64,000 nucleotides of DNA from the NCBI GenBank assembly GCA_014860225.1, contig JACZKE010000063.1, forward strand, positions 22,477 to 86,476, given 5' to 3'. This DNA is from Desulfuromonadales bacterium (GTDB lineage Bacteria; Desulfobacterota; Desulfuromonadia; Desulfuromonadales; BM103). Numbering within the stretch: the stretch's first letter is position 1; each line of letters opens with the position of its first letter. Shown piece by piece: positions 29,561 to 39,801 of this stretch. A model generated the notes under the pieces. It saw only the letters and a program-made list of their open reading frames with translations, ran no database searches and was not told the origin of the DNA. A program made the position numbers and the translations under genes.

Positions 29561-30590
29561 AAGCGTTTGCCAACTTAAACACGACATCGTGGATCGCAGC
29601 GAGGTAGTCGTAGGGTCCTTCACTGGGAGAAAAGGACGTCGCCGCCTGCACGATGTTGACACCCGTTTTACCGGCAATCGCTAATGTTGCCTGTTGATTG
29701 ATCCAGGGCTCCACCAACAGCACCTTGATCTGTTCGGCCTTGATGGTCTGAATCACCTGCAACAGGTGCCCCGGACCAGGCGGGATTCCCGGTTTTGGTT
29801 CCAGGTGCTCGGCGACCAGAAAACCAAACCGATTGGCGAAGTAGGGCCAGCTCTTGTGATAGGTCACGATTTTTGACCCATAATGTGGAGCCAACCTGCC
29901 AAGCCAGCCGGCCAGAAGAGCCCGGTCACCCTGTTGTTCGAGAAATTCCGTCAACTTGCCATGCTGGTGCAGCAGCACCAGTTTTTCGAAATCGTACTTG
30001 GTCGCCAAGGCGACACCGACCATCGCCACCCCAAGGCGCTGTCGGAACTGTTCGTAGCTTTCGGCGAAGTCAAGTGCGTCGCCCGGCTGCAAATCCGACA
30101 TGCGGTCACGCAGCAGCGCTGCCACCTTGAGACCATTGAGGGGATCCGCCAAGTAGTGTGGGTTACCTTGGGGATGGACATCCCCCATGCTCCGGTCCAC
30201 GGTCCCAGTCGGGATGTCGAGCGGCATGATAACTTGTGAAGCGTCAACGAAGCCCGGCTTGCCAGGCTGAATGCGGCTGTTGCGGGAGCTGCGCAGAAGC
30301 AGCGGCGCCCAGGCCGTCTCCAGATCGAGGCCGACCTGGACAAACATATCAGCCTCGCTGAGCTCCTTGATAAAACTGGGACGCGCTTCGAGATAATGCG
30401 GATCTTCAGTCCCTTTGGCAAACACCGTCAGCTTGACCAGGTCACCGCCAATGGCCTTTGCCAGGCCGCCCAGTTCCGGAACGGTGGCGCAAACCTTGAG
30501 TGTCCCGGCCTGGATAACTCCAGGAAACAATATCCCGACGATCAGCAGAACCAGGCAATATCCATGTACCCATTTTGGCAGGAAGTTCAT
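29553..30590 (-). CDS. metal ABC transporter substrate-binding protein (ZnuA/TroA-like)
   Basis: 345 aa; signal peptide; ..EDPHYLEARPS.., ..GDVHPQGNPHYLADP.. cluster-9 SBP motifs; GGAGG SD. Confidence 0.8.
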   Translation of the reverse strand: MNFLPKWVHGYCLVLLIVGILFPGVIQAGTLKVCATVPELGGLAKAIGGDLVKLTVFAKGTEDPHYLEARPSFIKELSEADMFVQVGLDLETAWAPLLLRSSRNSRIQPGKPGFVDASQVIMPLDIPTGTVDRSMGDVHPQGNPHYLADPLNGLKVAALLRDRMSDLQPGDALDFAESYEQFRQRLGVAMVGVALATKYDFEKLVLLHQHGKLTEFLEQQGDRALLAGWLGRLAPHYGSKIVTYHKSWPYFANRFGFLVAEHLEPKPGIPPGPGHLLQVIQTIKAEQIKVLLVEPWINQQATLAIAGKTGVNIVQAATSFSPSEGPYDYLAAIHDVVFKLANAYD

Positions 30591-30602
30591 AATGACCTCC
30601 TG

Positions 30603-32129
30603 TCAATACGTGTGTGCAGGATGGGCACCGATCAGGACTTCCAATCCGAGCCAAACCGAGTGTGCCGGGTCGTCCAGATGGTCGGCTTCGTCGTAATTGT
30701 ATTGCAGGCGAATTCGGGTGAATTCCGACGGGCTGAAGATGACCAGGGGAGAGATCCGCGTCCGGTCATTACGGAAGGGGTCGTCGTCGCGTGCCGGGTA
30801 TTCTCCCTCATGTGTGAGATTGTTGCCGCTGCCCGACGCATATTCGTAACGCAAGCCGGTGGCCCAGCGTCCCGGAAAGCCATAGAGGGCCTGGACGTAA
30901 GCGCCCCAGTCCTCCAAGGTATCACTGGGGATCAGTTCACCTTCGTCCTCGTCGAAGAAGGCATCCGCATCCAAATCGCGCTTGGAGATTTCCCCTTCGA
31001 TCCTCAGGAACGGACGGCCCCGTTCATTCTTTTCAGGAACCCATTTGAACAAGGCATCCGCACCGTAGATCCAGGTCTCACCATCAGTGCCGGTAAAGTT
31101 GGGGCCATAAAGACCGGACAGGCCGAACTTGCTGGTCCAGGTCGATGAAAGAGGAATCGCATTCTCCCAGCGGGCCAGGTAGACAAGGTCTCCGAGGTTG
31201 CGGACATCCAGGTCGACCAGCGGCCGGCCGCCGATGCCGAGTTCATGGGCGTGGCCATCTCCCGCAGGTTCCTCGTTGCCGTGGTCATGACTGCTCTCAC
31301 CACCGAGGAAACTGGTCATGAACTCACCATCGGCATTTTGGGCGCCAACGTGAAACACGGAATACCAGGGGACAGGCAGCAGCTTAGACATCCGAACACC
31401 GGCACCACGCATCCCTTCGCCACCAAACAAGCGGGTGTTGACGATCGGCTGGTCGAGCCATACCCATGCGTGGGGATGTGACGGGTTGATCCGGCCGAAC
31501 TCGGTCAGGAAATACCCGGCTTCAAGTTCCAGTCCCCATGGCAACGCAGTGCTCTGGACAAAAGCCTCTTCCAGTTCGACCGTATCTTCCGACGCCAGGA
31601 TGTGGGCCTCAGCCTGGAAATACGGATCGACTGCACCGATCAGAGACAATTCAGCCTGTTGCAAGGTAAAACCACGGCGTTTTGGGTCGTGCCCTCCGCC
31701 CTGGAGAGTCTCCAGCGATTCATCGCGCTCAGACGAAGCCCCAACTGTAGTCAGCACATCTAGAGAAACATCGATCAATCTCAGTCGGGCTGATTTGCCG
31801 AGGTCAATACCGGCTAAATCGCGACTCTCCTCTTTAGTCTCTGCTTCAGGAAGGTTGACGATTGCTGCATCCAGGGCATCCTGCGGACTTTTAGTCGCAG
31901 CAACAGGAGCCGGTGTGACCAATCCATTGGGTTTTCCCTGGTCTTGTTGGAGTTGGCTTCCCAAATCACGGACCCGCTGCTTTAGGAAAGTATTCTCCTG
32001 CTCTAAAGCATCCAACCGCTGGAGGATTGTTTCAATCTGCTCGGAGGAGGCTGCCAGTGCGTTCCCCGATAAAACTATCGGGATCAGCAAACAACTCAAC
32101 ACAAATACACATGTGATAATTCGCGACAT
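30603..32129 (-). CDS. putative outer-membrane beta-barrel protein with N-terminal coiled coil
   Basis: Start at MSRIITCVF.. (signal peptide, AGGAGA SD); coiled coil then alternating beta-strand pattern; C-terminal ..GAHPAHTY aromatic end. Confidence 0.5.
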   Translation of the reverse strand: MSRIITCVFVLSCLLIPIVLSGNALAASSEQIETILQRLDALEQENTFLKQRVRDLGSQLQQDQGKPNGLVTPAPVAATKSPQDALDAAIVNLPEAETKEESRDLAGIDLGKSARLRLIDVSLDVLTTVGASSERDESLETLQGGGHDPKRRGFTLQQAELSLIGAVDPYFQAEAHILASEDTVELEEAFVQSTALPWGLELEAGYFLTEFGRINPSHPHAWVWLDQPIVNTRLFGGEGMRGAGVRMSKLLPVPWYSVFHVGAQNADGEFMTSFLGGESSHDHGNEEPAGDGHAHELGIGGRPLVDLDVRNLGDLVYLARWENAIPLSSTWTSKFGLSGLYGPNFTGTDGETWIYGADALFKWVPEKNERGRPFLRIEGEISKRDLDADAFFDEDEGELIPSDTLEDWGAYVQALYGFPGRWATGLRYEYASGSGNNLTHEGEYPARDDDPFRNDRTRISPLVIFSPSEFTRIRLQYNYDEADHLDDPAHSVWLGLEVLIGAHPAHTY

Positions 32130-32217
32130 GGGAAATCTCCTGTTCAATTCTGACAAGCAACAAACCATATGATCCGGGCATAAACCTGCCCGATATAGTG
32201 AAAGGTGCAGAAATGTG

Positions 32218-32577
32218 TCAGGAGATTATTGGGGGACCTCTTTGAGGAGGGTTCTTCTGGGTGCTACTTGTAAGAAGAATTTTATCGGTTAGCGGATAGA
32301 GGCCAAGAGGCTGGCATTTAAAGACACCATCAACCCCAATGCTGACCAAGCCCGGACTGTATGCCCTCGACAGCATTTGGCAGATGGTACAATCAACAGG
32401 ATGATCCGCAGATTGATGATCAAAGATTGTAAATTCAGTTTGAGTAGACTGTTTATGGTTTTCTGGGGTGGTGGAGCCATGACCGTAGTGCAATGCAGGC
32501 AGCACCAACTGGTAGCTCAAAGCCAGTAGAATCAAGAATGCCTGAAGCTGCTTATTGGTCATGGATTGCAAAAACAT
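32218..32577 (-). CDS. hypothetical small His/Cys-containing exported protein
   Basis: 119-aa ORF with an N-terminal hydrophobic segment; heads the metal-uptake gene string; family uncertain. Confidence 0.3.
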   Translation of the reverse strand: MFLQSMTNKQLQAFLILLALSYQLVLPALHYGHGSTTPENHKQSTQTEFTIFDHQSADHPVDCTICQMLSRAYSPGLVSIGVDGVFKCQPLGLYPLTDKILLTSSTQKNPPQRGPPIIS

Positions 32578-32889
32578 GTTTCATACTATGCCAGTTAAGA
32601 AAAGGTCGTCAAGCGAATAGAAAGTTTTGCACACACGAGATTTTTGGGATTCTTGAATTATGAAATTTAATCTTAATGCGAAAAGACGGCTCAGTCTAAT
32701 CTGGCTGAACCGTCTTATTTGTTATCCTGCATCAATCTAGGAACGAATATTTACTGGGGAGCTATATCTCCTACATACCCTGCCTCTGTGACCGATAAAT
32801 CCCGAAACCGAGACCTCCGGATAACTGTATTGGTAACGGTATATTGTGGGGTGGTGGCCCACATATAATAATTATTCCAGACAAGGAGG

Positions 32890-32903
32890 TTGACTTAGGT
32901 CAA
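32890..32903 (+). promoter_or_regulatory. CRP/FNR-family box (TTGAC-N4-GTCAA) upstream of nrfA
   Basis: Perfect palindrome TTGACTTAGGTCAA; TATTTT hexamer at 32926-32931 fits a class II (-41.5) arrangement. Confidence 0.45.
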
Positions 32904-33027
32904 ATACACCATAGGATTTTACCCGTATTTTCAGTCGAATGCACGGCCTCCGCCATCTCCCCCCGCTGACCCTGCGACCGGAAGGTGTGCTCAACTTTGG
33001 TATTGAGAACTTAAGGAGAATGTACTT

Positions 33028-34518
33028 ATGTCCCGAAAGAGCATTATTCTTGTTGCAATCCTCCTCACAACTGGTGCCTCTTTGTATTTATGGCAGGGCA
33101 ATCTTTCGGCTGCCCCACCCGTCCCGGTAAAAGAGGCGCAAATCGAACCTTTAGACGACCCCGGCGCCATGGAGCAGAAATATCCCAGCCAGTATGCCGG
33201 CTGGAAAGCAACTGCCCAACCGACCGAGTCTGGAAAGAGCCGCTACAAAAGGGGTTATGACAGTGACGGCGTCGTTTATGACAAGATGGATCAATACCCT
33301 TTCCTCGCCCTGCTGCTCAGTGGATCGGGATATGCCCTGGAATTCAACGAACCCCGGGGGCATGCCTACATGATCGAGGACCAACTTGAAGTCGAACCGG
33401 CCCGCCTTAAGGCAGGGGGGTCCTGTCTGACCTGCAAGACCCCCTACGCCCCCCAGTTGCAGGAGAAACTCGGCGATAATTATTTCGGACTTCCTTATAA
33501 AGATGTTCTTAGTCGAATTCCTGAAGAGCACCGCACCCTTGGCGTCACCTGTGGCGACTGCCACGGTACCGATATGGAGCTGCGGATCTCGCGCGCGTTT
33601 ACCTTGGGCAAGGGGCTTGAGGCTCTGGGAAAAAAGCCTGATGAGCTGAAGACGGCCGAGATGCGCACCTTGGTCTGCGCCCAGTGCCATGTCACCTACA
33701 ACATCCCCCAGAATGATAAGCACAAATCAGAGGATGTTGTTTTTCCCTGGCAAGGTAGCGAATGGGGGGACATCTCCGCCGAAAACATCATCAGCAGAAT
33801 TCGAAAGAATGCCCATTTAAACGAATGGACCCAGAACGTTACCGGTTTCCGTCTCGGCTACATTCGACACCCAGAGTTCGAGTTTTTCTCCAACGACAGC
33901 ACCCACTGGCAAGCGGGAGCGGCCTGTGCCGACTGCCACATGCCTGCGACCGAGGTGGACGGCAAGATGATTTCCGACCACCGGGTGATGAGCCCCCTCA
34001 AAAGTGATCTCCGGGGATGCGCCCAATGCCATGAAGACAATGCCGAAACCTTGCGGCAGAAAGTTTTCGTTATTCAGGACCAGACGGTATCGGTCCTGAT
34101 TCGCAGTGGGTATGCCACTGCCGCCGTTGCCAAATTGTTTGAAAAGACTCATGCGGAGCAGAAATCCGGCCTGAAAGTCAACCCCGACCTTTACGCCCAG
34201 GCGCGTGAACACTATGAGGAAGCTTTCTATCGGGTCCTTTTTATGGCCGTGGAGAATTCTGTTGGGTTTCACAACCCAACGGAGGCCTCGCGTATTCTGA
34301 AGGATGCCATGGGTCATGCCGCCACCGCCGACCATCTGCTGCGGCGTGCCCTGGAACAGGCTGGTCTCGAAGTGGCCACCGAAATAGATCTCGAACTGGA
34401 AAAATATCTGAACAATCGGGGTGAAAAGAAGCGCATGTTCCGTCCCGAACATGAAATAAAGGACCCTCTACCGGTGGTCCAGGAGAGTGAAAGGAAATCC
34501 GATTTTCCAGTTCTTTAA
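33028..34518 (+). CDS. nrfA: ammonia-forming pentaheme cytochrome c nitrite reductase
   Basis: 496 aa; diagnostic CxxCK heme (CLTCK) plus four CxxCH (CGDCH, CAQCH, CADCH, CAQCH); N-terminal hydrophobic anchor/signal. Confidence 0.85.
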   Translation: MSRKSIILVAILLTTGASLYLWQGNLSAAPPVPVKEAQIEPLDDPGAMEQKYPSQYAGWKATAQPTESGKSRYKRGYDSDGVVYDKMDQYPFLALLLSGSGYALEFNEPRGHAYMIEDQLEVEPARLKAGGSCLTCKTPYAPQLQEKLGDNYFGLPYKDVLSRIPEEHRTLGVTCGDCHGTDMELRISRAFTLGKGLEALGKKPDELKTAEMRTLVCAQCHVTYNIPQNDKHKSEDVVFPWQGSEWGDISAENIISRIRKNAHLNEWTQNVTGFRLGYIRHPEFEFFSNDSTHWQAGAACADCHMPATEVDGKMISDHRVMSPLKSDLRGCAQCHEDNAETLRQKVFVIQDQTVSVLIRSGYATAAVAKLFEKTHAEQKSGLKVNPDLYAQAREHYEEAFYRVLFMAVENSVGFHNPTEASRILKDAMGHAATADHLLRRALEQAGLEVATEIDLELEKYLNNRGEKKRMFRPEHEIKDPLPVVQESERKSDFPVL

Positions 34519-34550
34519 AGAGAATTACGACTCCACTAAATCATTCGTGC

Positions 34551-35342
34551 ATGCCGATGATAGATGAACCCATCTACCCCCAGGCTAATACCGTCGAAGA
34601 TTTCGAGCGAACTCTCGCGGCTGTTCGCCGGCGGATTGCCGATGCCTGTCACCGTGTTGGTCGTGACTCGGTTGAGGTTCGGCTACTGCCAGTCAGCAAA
34701 ACCGTGGACGAAGGGCGAATCCGACTGGCCTTTGCAGCTGGATGCAGGTGGTTAGGCGAAAACAAGGTGCAAGAAGCCCACCGCAAGTGGAAGGCCATGA
34801 CCGACTTGCAAGATCTACGCTGGTCAGTGATTGGCCACTTGCAGGCCAACAAGGTCAAGCTGGTCGCTCGCTTCGCGGATGAATTCCAGGCGCTCGATAG
34901 TCTACACGTAGCCGAGATGCTGGATCGTCGACTGCAAGCCGAAGGCCGTGCGCTGGATGTTTTCGTGCAGGTCAATACCTCGGGCGAGGCCACCAAATAC
35001 GGCCTTCATCCCAATGATGTGCAAGCGTTTATATGGCAACTTCCTGCTTTCAACTCCCTGCGAGTGCGTGGATTGATGACCTTGGCAAGGCTGTCCCCCG
35101 AGGCTGAGCGCGTACGTCAGTGTTTCGTGTTGCTGCATAACCTGCGCAACAGGTTGCGGCAAGAGGCTCCTTCCTGTGTGAGTATGGACGAACTGTCTAT
35201 GGGGATGTCCAGCGATTTCGAAATAGCCATTGAGGAAGGGGCCACTGTGGTGCGTATCGGACAGGCCATCTTTGGTGCCCGAGCGTTGCCAGACAGCTAC
35301 TACTGGCCCACGCAAAAAACTGAACCGGAATTCCCAAAATGA
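34551..35342 (+). CDS. YggS-family pyridoxal-phosphate homeostasis protein
   Basis: 263 aa; ..VRLLPVSKTV.., ..ELSMGMSSDFE.AIEEGAT.VRIG.. YggS motifs. Confidence 0.85.
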   Translation: MPMIDEPIYPQANTVEDFERTLAAVRRRIADACHRVGRDSVEVRLLPVSKTVDEGRIRLAFAAGCRWLGENKVQEAHRKWKAMTDLQDLRWSVIGHLQANKVKLVARFADEFQALDSLHVAEMLDRRLQAEGRALDVFVQVNTSGEATKYGLHPNDVQAFIWQLPAFNSLRVRGLMTLARLSPEAERVRQCFVLLHNLRNRLRQEAPSCVSMDELSMGMSSDFEIAIEEGATVVRIGQAIFGARALPDSYYWPTQKTEPEFPK

Positions 35343-36037
35343 AATCAGTGCTTGCAATCCGCCATCTTCATTTCGAAAACCTTGGAACCCTGGAGCCGCT
35401 TTTTCGTGAACGAGGTTACGAAGTTGACTACATCGATGCCACCGTTGATGATTTTTCGTTTCTGGATACGCTGAAATTTGACCTGTTGGTGGTGCTGGGC
35501 GGCCCGATCGGTGTTTTCGACGAGGGCGCTTATCCGTTCCTATCCGACGAATTGGGCGTAGTGCGCCGGCGTCTGAGTGCTAACGAACCGATTCTGGGCA
35601 TCTGCCTGGGGGCTCAATTGATCGCCCGCGTTCTGGGTGCCAAGGTCTATCCCATTGGTGCTAAAGAGATCGGCTTCGCGCCGCTGACTTTGACTGCTGA
35701 AGGTCGGCAATCTCCGCTAGCCGCGGTGGGTGATACACCGGTACTGCATTGGCACGGTGACCAGTTTGATATTCCACCAGGGGCTGAGCGGTTGGCCAGC
35801 ACCTCGATTGGAAAGAACCAGGCGTTCTCGTTTGGTCGCAAAGTCTTGGCCCTGCAATTTCACTTGGAAGTCGACGTTAGCCATATCGAACAGTGGTTGG
35901 TCGGCCATGCTAACGAATTGGCGCAAGCGGGTATCGACCCACGTATACTGCGCGTGCAGGCGCAGGAGATTGGATCCCGTCTAGCATCGGTTGCCCATGA
36001 CGTCGTCGACACTTGGCTGGACGGCATCGAATCATAA
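35339..36037 (+). CDS. class I glutamine amidotransferase-like protein
   Basis: 232 aa; ..PILGICLGAQL.. nucleophile-elbow Cys; ATGA overlap with the upstream gene. Confidence 0.8.
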   Translation: MKSVLAIRHLHFENLGTLEPLFRERGYEVDYIDATVDDFSFLDTLKFDLLVVLGGPIGVFDEGAYPFLSDELGVVRRRLSANEPILGICLGAQLIARVLGAKVYPIGAKEIGFAPLTLTAEGRQSPLAAVGDTPVLHWHGDQFDIPPGAERLASTSIGKNQAFSFGRKVLALQFHLEVDVSHIEQWLVGHANELAQAGIDPRILRVQAQEIGSRLASVAHDVVDTWLDGIES

Positions 36038-36141
36038 ACGAGTTGATAATCATCGTGAGCGCCCGAGTCAAGGCGCCCTCGCAGTAGCGAACAATTTCAT
36101 TCACTGCCGATCTGTTTTGGCAAGGCACTTCCGGAAAAATA

Positions 36142-37092
36142 ATGATCATTCGAAAACGCCCAAACGGACTACGCCTCTTTTTTCTTTACCGTGGATCAGT
36201 TCTCCAGGTCATCAAGCTGAAACTGGCCATTACCCTTTTGGTTGCCATCCTTGTCACGCTATCACATGGGATGTTTTTTCACCTGAAGATCACGCTGACC
36301 CCCATTCCCTTCAGCATTATGGCCATTGCCCTGGCCATTTTCCTAGGCTTTCGCAACAGCGCCAGTTACGATCGTTACTGGGAAGGACGCAAACTTTGGG
36401 GTCAGCTCACCATAGTCAGTCGGGATTTGGCCCGGCAGACCCTGAGTTTCATAAGCGCAAGAGAAGATCAGAATTCTACTCAACCACCCCTCGCACCAGC
36501 CGACCCTCGCTTGCGTATCCTTCGCCGGCTCATTGCCCTGGTTCACTCGGTACGGCACCACCTCAGAGACTCGGACCCCACAGCCGACGCCCATGAGTTT
36601 CTCGACCCCGATGAGCGGATCGAATTCGAACAGGCACAGAACAAGCCAGATTTTCTGCTGCGGCGTATGGCTCTCGACCTCCGTTCGTGTCTCGATGAAC
36701 AACGCATCTGTGAATACTTCGTGGCCCGAATGGATGAGAGCTTGGCCGGGCTGGCCTCGGTCATTGGCGGCTGCGAGCGGATCAAGAATACTCCGATCCC
36801 GTACTCCTACACCCTCCTGCTCCATCGCACGTCCTACCTGTACTGTTATCTTCTTCCCTTCGGCCTCGTTGACTCCATCGGCTATATGACACCTTTTGTG
36901 GTCGGCATCGTCTCCTACACCTTCTTCGGTCTGGATGCTCTCGGCGAGGAGTTGGAGGAGCCATTCATTACAGCGCCTAACAGCCTACCCCTGACAGCGC
37001 TGTGCCGCAGCATAGAACGAGATCTTCGTGAGGCAATGGGGGAATCGGACCTCCCTGAACCCCTACAGCCAGTCGATTTCTGCCTATTATAA
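36142..37092 (+). CDS. bestrophin-family (YneE/UPF0187) anion channel
   Basis: 316 aa; ..FLGFRNSASYDRYWEGRKLWG.. and ..IPYSYTLLLHRT.. motifs. Confidence 0.8.
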   Translation: MIIRKRPNGLRLFFLYRGSVLQVIKLKLAITLLVAILVTLSHGMFFHLKITLTPIPFSIMAIALAIFLGFRNSASYDRYWEGRKLWGQLTIVSRDLARQTLSFISAREDQNSTQPPLAPADPRLRILRRLIALVHSVRHHLRDSDPTADAHEFLDPDERIEFEQAQNKPDFLLRRMALDLRSCLDEQRICEYFVARMDESLAGLASVIGGCERIKNTPIPYSYTLLLHRTSYLYCYLLPFGLVDSIGYMTPFVVGIVSYTFFGLDALGEELEEPFITAPNSLPLTALCRSIERDLREAMGESDLPEPLQPVDFCLL

Positions 37093-37286
37093 AAAATTGT
37101 ACTGTCTCCAGGGCTCGCTTGAACGCCGCAAGGTGTAAGATAATCACCTTCTTCCAGAATGTGAACAAACGTCGTGATCGTCCAATATGATTGGTCACTG
37201 AAAATGATAGCGGGCCAACTATTCGTTGTTAGGATGTTTCTACCAATCGCTTAGAGACCGTCGTTCAAAAACTACTGTCGCAAAAA

Positions 37287-37323
37287 GGACCACTTCATCG
37301 GAGGATGAAAATGGTCCTTTTTT
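37287..37323 (+). terminator. terminator hairpin inside a partial R-core/hairpin repeat
   Basis: GGACCA-19 nt-TGGTCC followed by TTTTTT; preceded by CTGTCGCAAAAA, followed by GTGTCTGCAATCCCGG. Confidence 0.55.
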
Positions 37324-37512
37324 GTGTCTGCAATCCCGGTACAGGGACTAATGTGAAAGTGTTCTGGAGTCAGTGATTTCCTGAAACTGGCTTGACAAAA
37401 ACCTTCGCCTCTAAAGATCGAGTACCGCATTCAGCCCACGGTAAACACCTATAAGGGTGGATACCTTGGGGATCGTCGTCAGGGCGTCATCTACATAAAT
37501 AAAACGTTGTTA

Positions 37513-37691
37513 ATCTACCGCAATCGAAGGGCAAGGTCAAAGAGGAGAGATGTGCATACTATTTATATTCCTACATTGTTCTGTGGTATCAAAATTGACC
37601 GAAATGTAAAATTCCTGCTGCCCCTGATATTTAAGAAAAAAAAGCCCCACAGCCAGGAGGGTGACTGTGGGGCGACGAGTTTTGGTTTTTT
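37513..37691 (+). repeat. CR-X copy 1
   Basis: Starts ATCTACCGCAATCGAAGGGCAAGGTCAAAGAG, ends CTGCTGCCCCTGATATTTAAGAAA plus hairpin GCCCCACAG../..CTGTGGGGC and a T-tract; aligns end-to-end with 50837-51006. Confidence 0.75.
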
Positions 37692-37770
37692 TCTAGGAGG
37701 TAAAAGAGAAGAACTTATGTTCTGTGGTTAATATCTTACCTATATTGTCAGGTATGTCAACAAAGAAAAT

Positions 37771-37883
37771 GAAAAAATAAAAGGCCACTCGGAATTGATC
37801 CTGGTGGCCATCGTTTTGTCGTCATAAATTGCTCTATCAATAACACGCCTGTTTTCGTCTCGGCAGTGGTGACAAATAAGAAA
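37771..37883 (+). repeat. CR-1 copy A
   Basis: A-rich core, hairpin GGCCACTCGGAA/TCCTGGTGGCC, TCGTTTTGTCGTCATAAATTGCTCTATCAATAACACGCCTGTTTTCGTCTCGGCAGTGGTGACAAATAAGAAA. Confidence 0.85.
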
Positions 37884-38255
37884 GGCCCTTCCATTTCTGT
37901 GGGGTCGTTATTATCACTTACTGTGATGTGTCAAAAAAACTTCCTGCGATATCACTACCCTCGGATGGTCCCCTCGCCTGACAATTTACGCGTGACCACA
38001 ACGCAGTATAACGGGGCTGAAAAGTTTCTCGCACGCATCCTGTGCGAAAAAAATATTATAAAACAGGGGGATAAGAAACAGGCACGCAGCTTGCTGTAGG
38101 TTCTCTGTGTGATATGTTTAAAATCGATTTGTTACCTTAATCGAAGCATCCGGGCACAAGGGCCTGCCAACAGCGGTGCACTGCATGCCATTGACAATCG
38201 CCCAACACCGATGACTGAAAAAACAATGACTATGAAGACTGAAAGGAGAATGACT

Positions 38256-39464
38256 ATGGTAACGGCCCTCTTGAGAATATCGCATATCGTGTTGCTTGGC
38301 CTGTTATTGGGGTTCTTTTTGTCGGCCTGCGGCGGAGGCGGCAGCTCCAGCTCCGGCGACGGCCAGGGGACCCTGTCAACCTCATTGACCGACGCTTCGA
38401 CGGATGAGTACCAGGCGGTCTATGTCACGGTCGCGCGCGTCGACGTTCACCTTGGTGGCGACGAGGACGAAGACGGCTCCTGGCAGACGGTCGCCGAACC
38501 CAACCAGACCTACAATCTGCTGGAGTTGGTCAACGGGGTCCGCGCAGAGCTCGGCCAGGCATCCCTGGCTGCGGGGCATTACACCCAGTTGCGCCTGATC
38601 ATCGGAGCGACCCCGGATGCAGGGCTGAACCTATTCAGTCAGGCCCACCCCTTTGCCAACTACGTCATCGATCTGGATGATAACGAGAGCCATGAACTGA
38701 AAGTGCCCAGCGGCTCCCAGACCGGCCTGAAAGTTGTCAACGGCTTCGACGTCAATGAGAACCAGACCACCGAACTGATCCTGGATTTTGATGCCATGCG
38801 TTCCGTGGTCAAGGCCGGCGCCAGCGGTCAGTACCTGCTCAAGCCGACGGTCAAGGTCCTTGAGACGGACGTCAATGCCATCGTTTCCGGAACCGTGACG
38901 AATACGCCGCCGGTCACTGACCCGCCAACGGACCCGGCTCCCCTAGCCGGGGCCTTCGTCACGGCCCAGACGGTTGACCCCGCCGCCGTCGACGCCAGGG
39001 ACCAGGTGGTCATCGAGGCCGGAACCCTGGCGGACGAAAACGGTGAATACACCCTGTTCCTGGCACCGGGCGACTACAACCTGGCGGCCGCGCAGGCTGG
39101 CTTCCTGCCGGGCTGCGCAGAGGTGATCCTGGCCGCGGACGACCTGGCCACGGTTGATTTCAGCCTGATCGCCGACTCTGCACTTCCGGGTGCAGTCGCC
39201 GGCACTGTTACGCTTACCGGTGCTCCGGTCGACCAGTATGCAACCCTTGATTTCCGTCAGGAAATGACCTGCGAAAATGCCCTGGCAGCAACCATGGTGA
39301 CGGTGAAATCGGTCAACGTCGTGGCTGGCGCATATTCCGTTGATCTCCCCCCGGGTGACTACCAGGTTGTCGTCTCGTCCTTCGGAATGACCACCCAGAC
39401 AGCAGATGTTACTGTCGTCACCGGGATCGTGACAGAGAATGTTGACTTTGACCTGATTCCTTAA
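38256..39464 (+). CDS. DUF4382-like lipoprotein with C-terminal carboxypeptidase-regulatory-like repeats
   Basis: Start at ATG 38256 after AGGAG; lipobox LSAC; ..[29 protein letters not shown].. DUF4382-type N-domain. Confidence 0.6.
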   Translation: MVTALLRISHIVLLGLLLGFFLSACGGGGSSSSGDGQGTLSTSLTDASTDEYQAVYVTVARVDVHLGGDEDEDGSWQTVAEPNQTYNLLELVNGVRAELGQASLAAGHYTQLRLIIGATPDAGLNLFSQAHPFANYVIDLDDNESHELKVPSGSQTGLKVVNGFDVNENQTTELILDFDAMRSVVKAGASGQYLLKPTVKVLETDVNAIVSGTVTNTPPVTDPPTDPAPLAGAFVTAQTVDPAAVDARDQVVIEAGTLADENGEYTLFLAPGDYNLAAAQAGFLPGCAEVILAADDLATVDFSLIADSALPGAVAGTVTLTGAPVDQYATLDFRQEMTCENALAATMVTVKSVNVVAGAYSVDLPPGDYQVVVSSFGMTTQTADVTVVTGIVTENVDFDLIP

Positions 39465-39508
39465 CCCTGGACGTTTTTGCCCACCACTCAGGGCAAGACC
39501 CTGTCGCA

Positions 39509-39545
39509 AAGGCCCGCCGTCGTCATGACCGCGGGCCTTTGCTTT
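39509..39545 (+). terminator. intrinsic terminator
   Basis: AAGGCCCGC-13 nt-GCGGGCCTT followed by TGCTTT. Confidence 0.55.
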
Positions 39546-39605
39546 ACTCGGCATTCAATTTAGGAAGAGTGGATAAATTAAGCTTAAATGTTTATTTTTT
39601 TTAGA

Positions 39606-39655
39606 CTTGCAAAATAAAAAGGCCACCTGATTTCTCATGTGACCGTTTCTCTTTT
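39606..39655 (+). repeat. partial CR-1 5' module (core + hairpin)
   Basis: CTTGCAAAATAAAAA + GGCCAC..GTGACC hairpin + TTTCTCTTTTTCTC. Confidence 0.5.
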
Positions 39656-39724
39656 TCTCAAAAACCATCTCGCATTGACGAGCAAATCAAATCAGGCCTG
39701 ACATCTTTGATCCATCCTATCAGT

Positions 39725-39793
39725 CCTGCAATATAAGAAAACCCTCGATCCAAAGATTGAGGGTTTTCGCGTTTTATATATGGTGCAAAATGA
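39725..39793 (+). repeat. CR-2 copy
   Basis: CCTGCAATATAAGAAAA + hairpin CCCTCGATC-CAAA-GATTGAGGG + TTTTCGCGTTTTATATATGGTGCAAAATGAG. Confidence 0.8.
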
Positions 39794-39801
39794 GAACAGC
39801 C

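Noticed and set aside
32578-32700. Zur/Fur box upstream of the metal-uptake string
   Set aside because: The AT-rich segment TCTTGAATTATGAAATTTAATC is not a convincing palindrome, and I have no reliable Zur consensus for this lineage.
37783-37830. Mini-ORFs on the reverse strand of the CR-1 hairpin (ATGATGGCCACCTGG.. = MMATW..)
   Set aside because: The reading frames differ in length and sequence between copies. Copy F has a stop after 3 codons and copy D lacks an ATG. The ATG conservation is explained by the hairpin base.
37866-38099. ORF 37866-38099 (77 aa) and ORF 37507-37731 (74 aa)
   Set aside because: They start inside or run through the repeat elements (GTGGTGACAAATAAGAAA; CR-X). They have no SD and no conservation between repeat copies.
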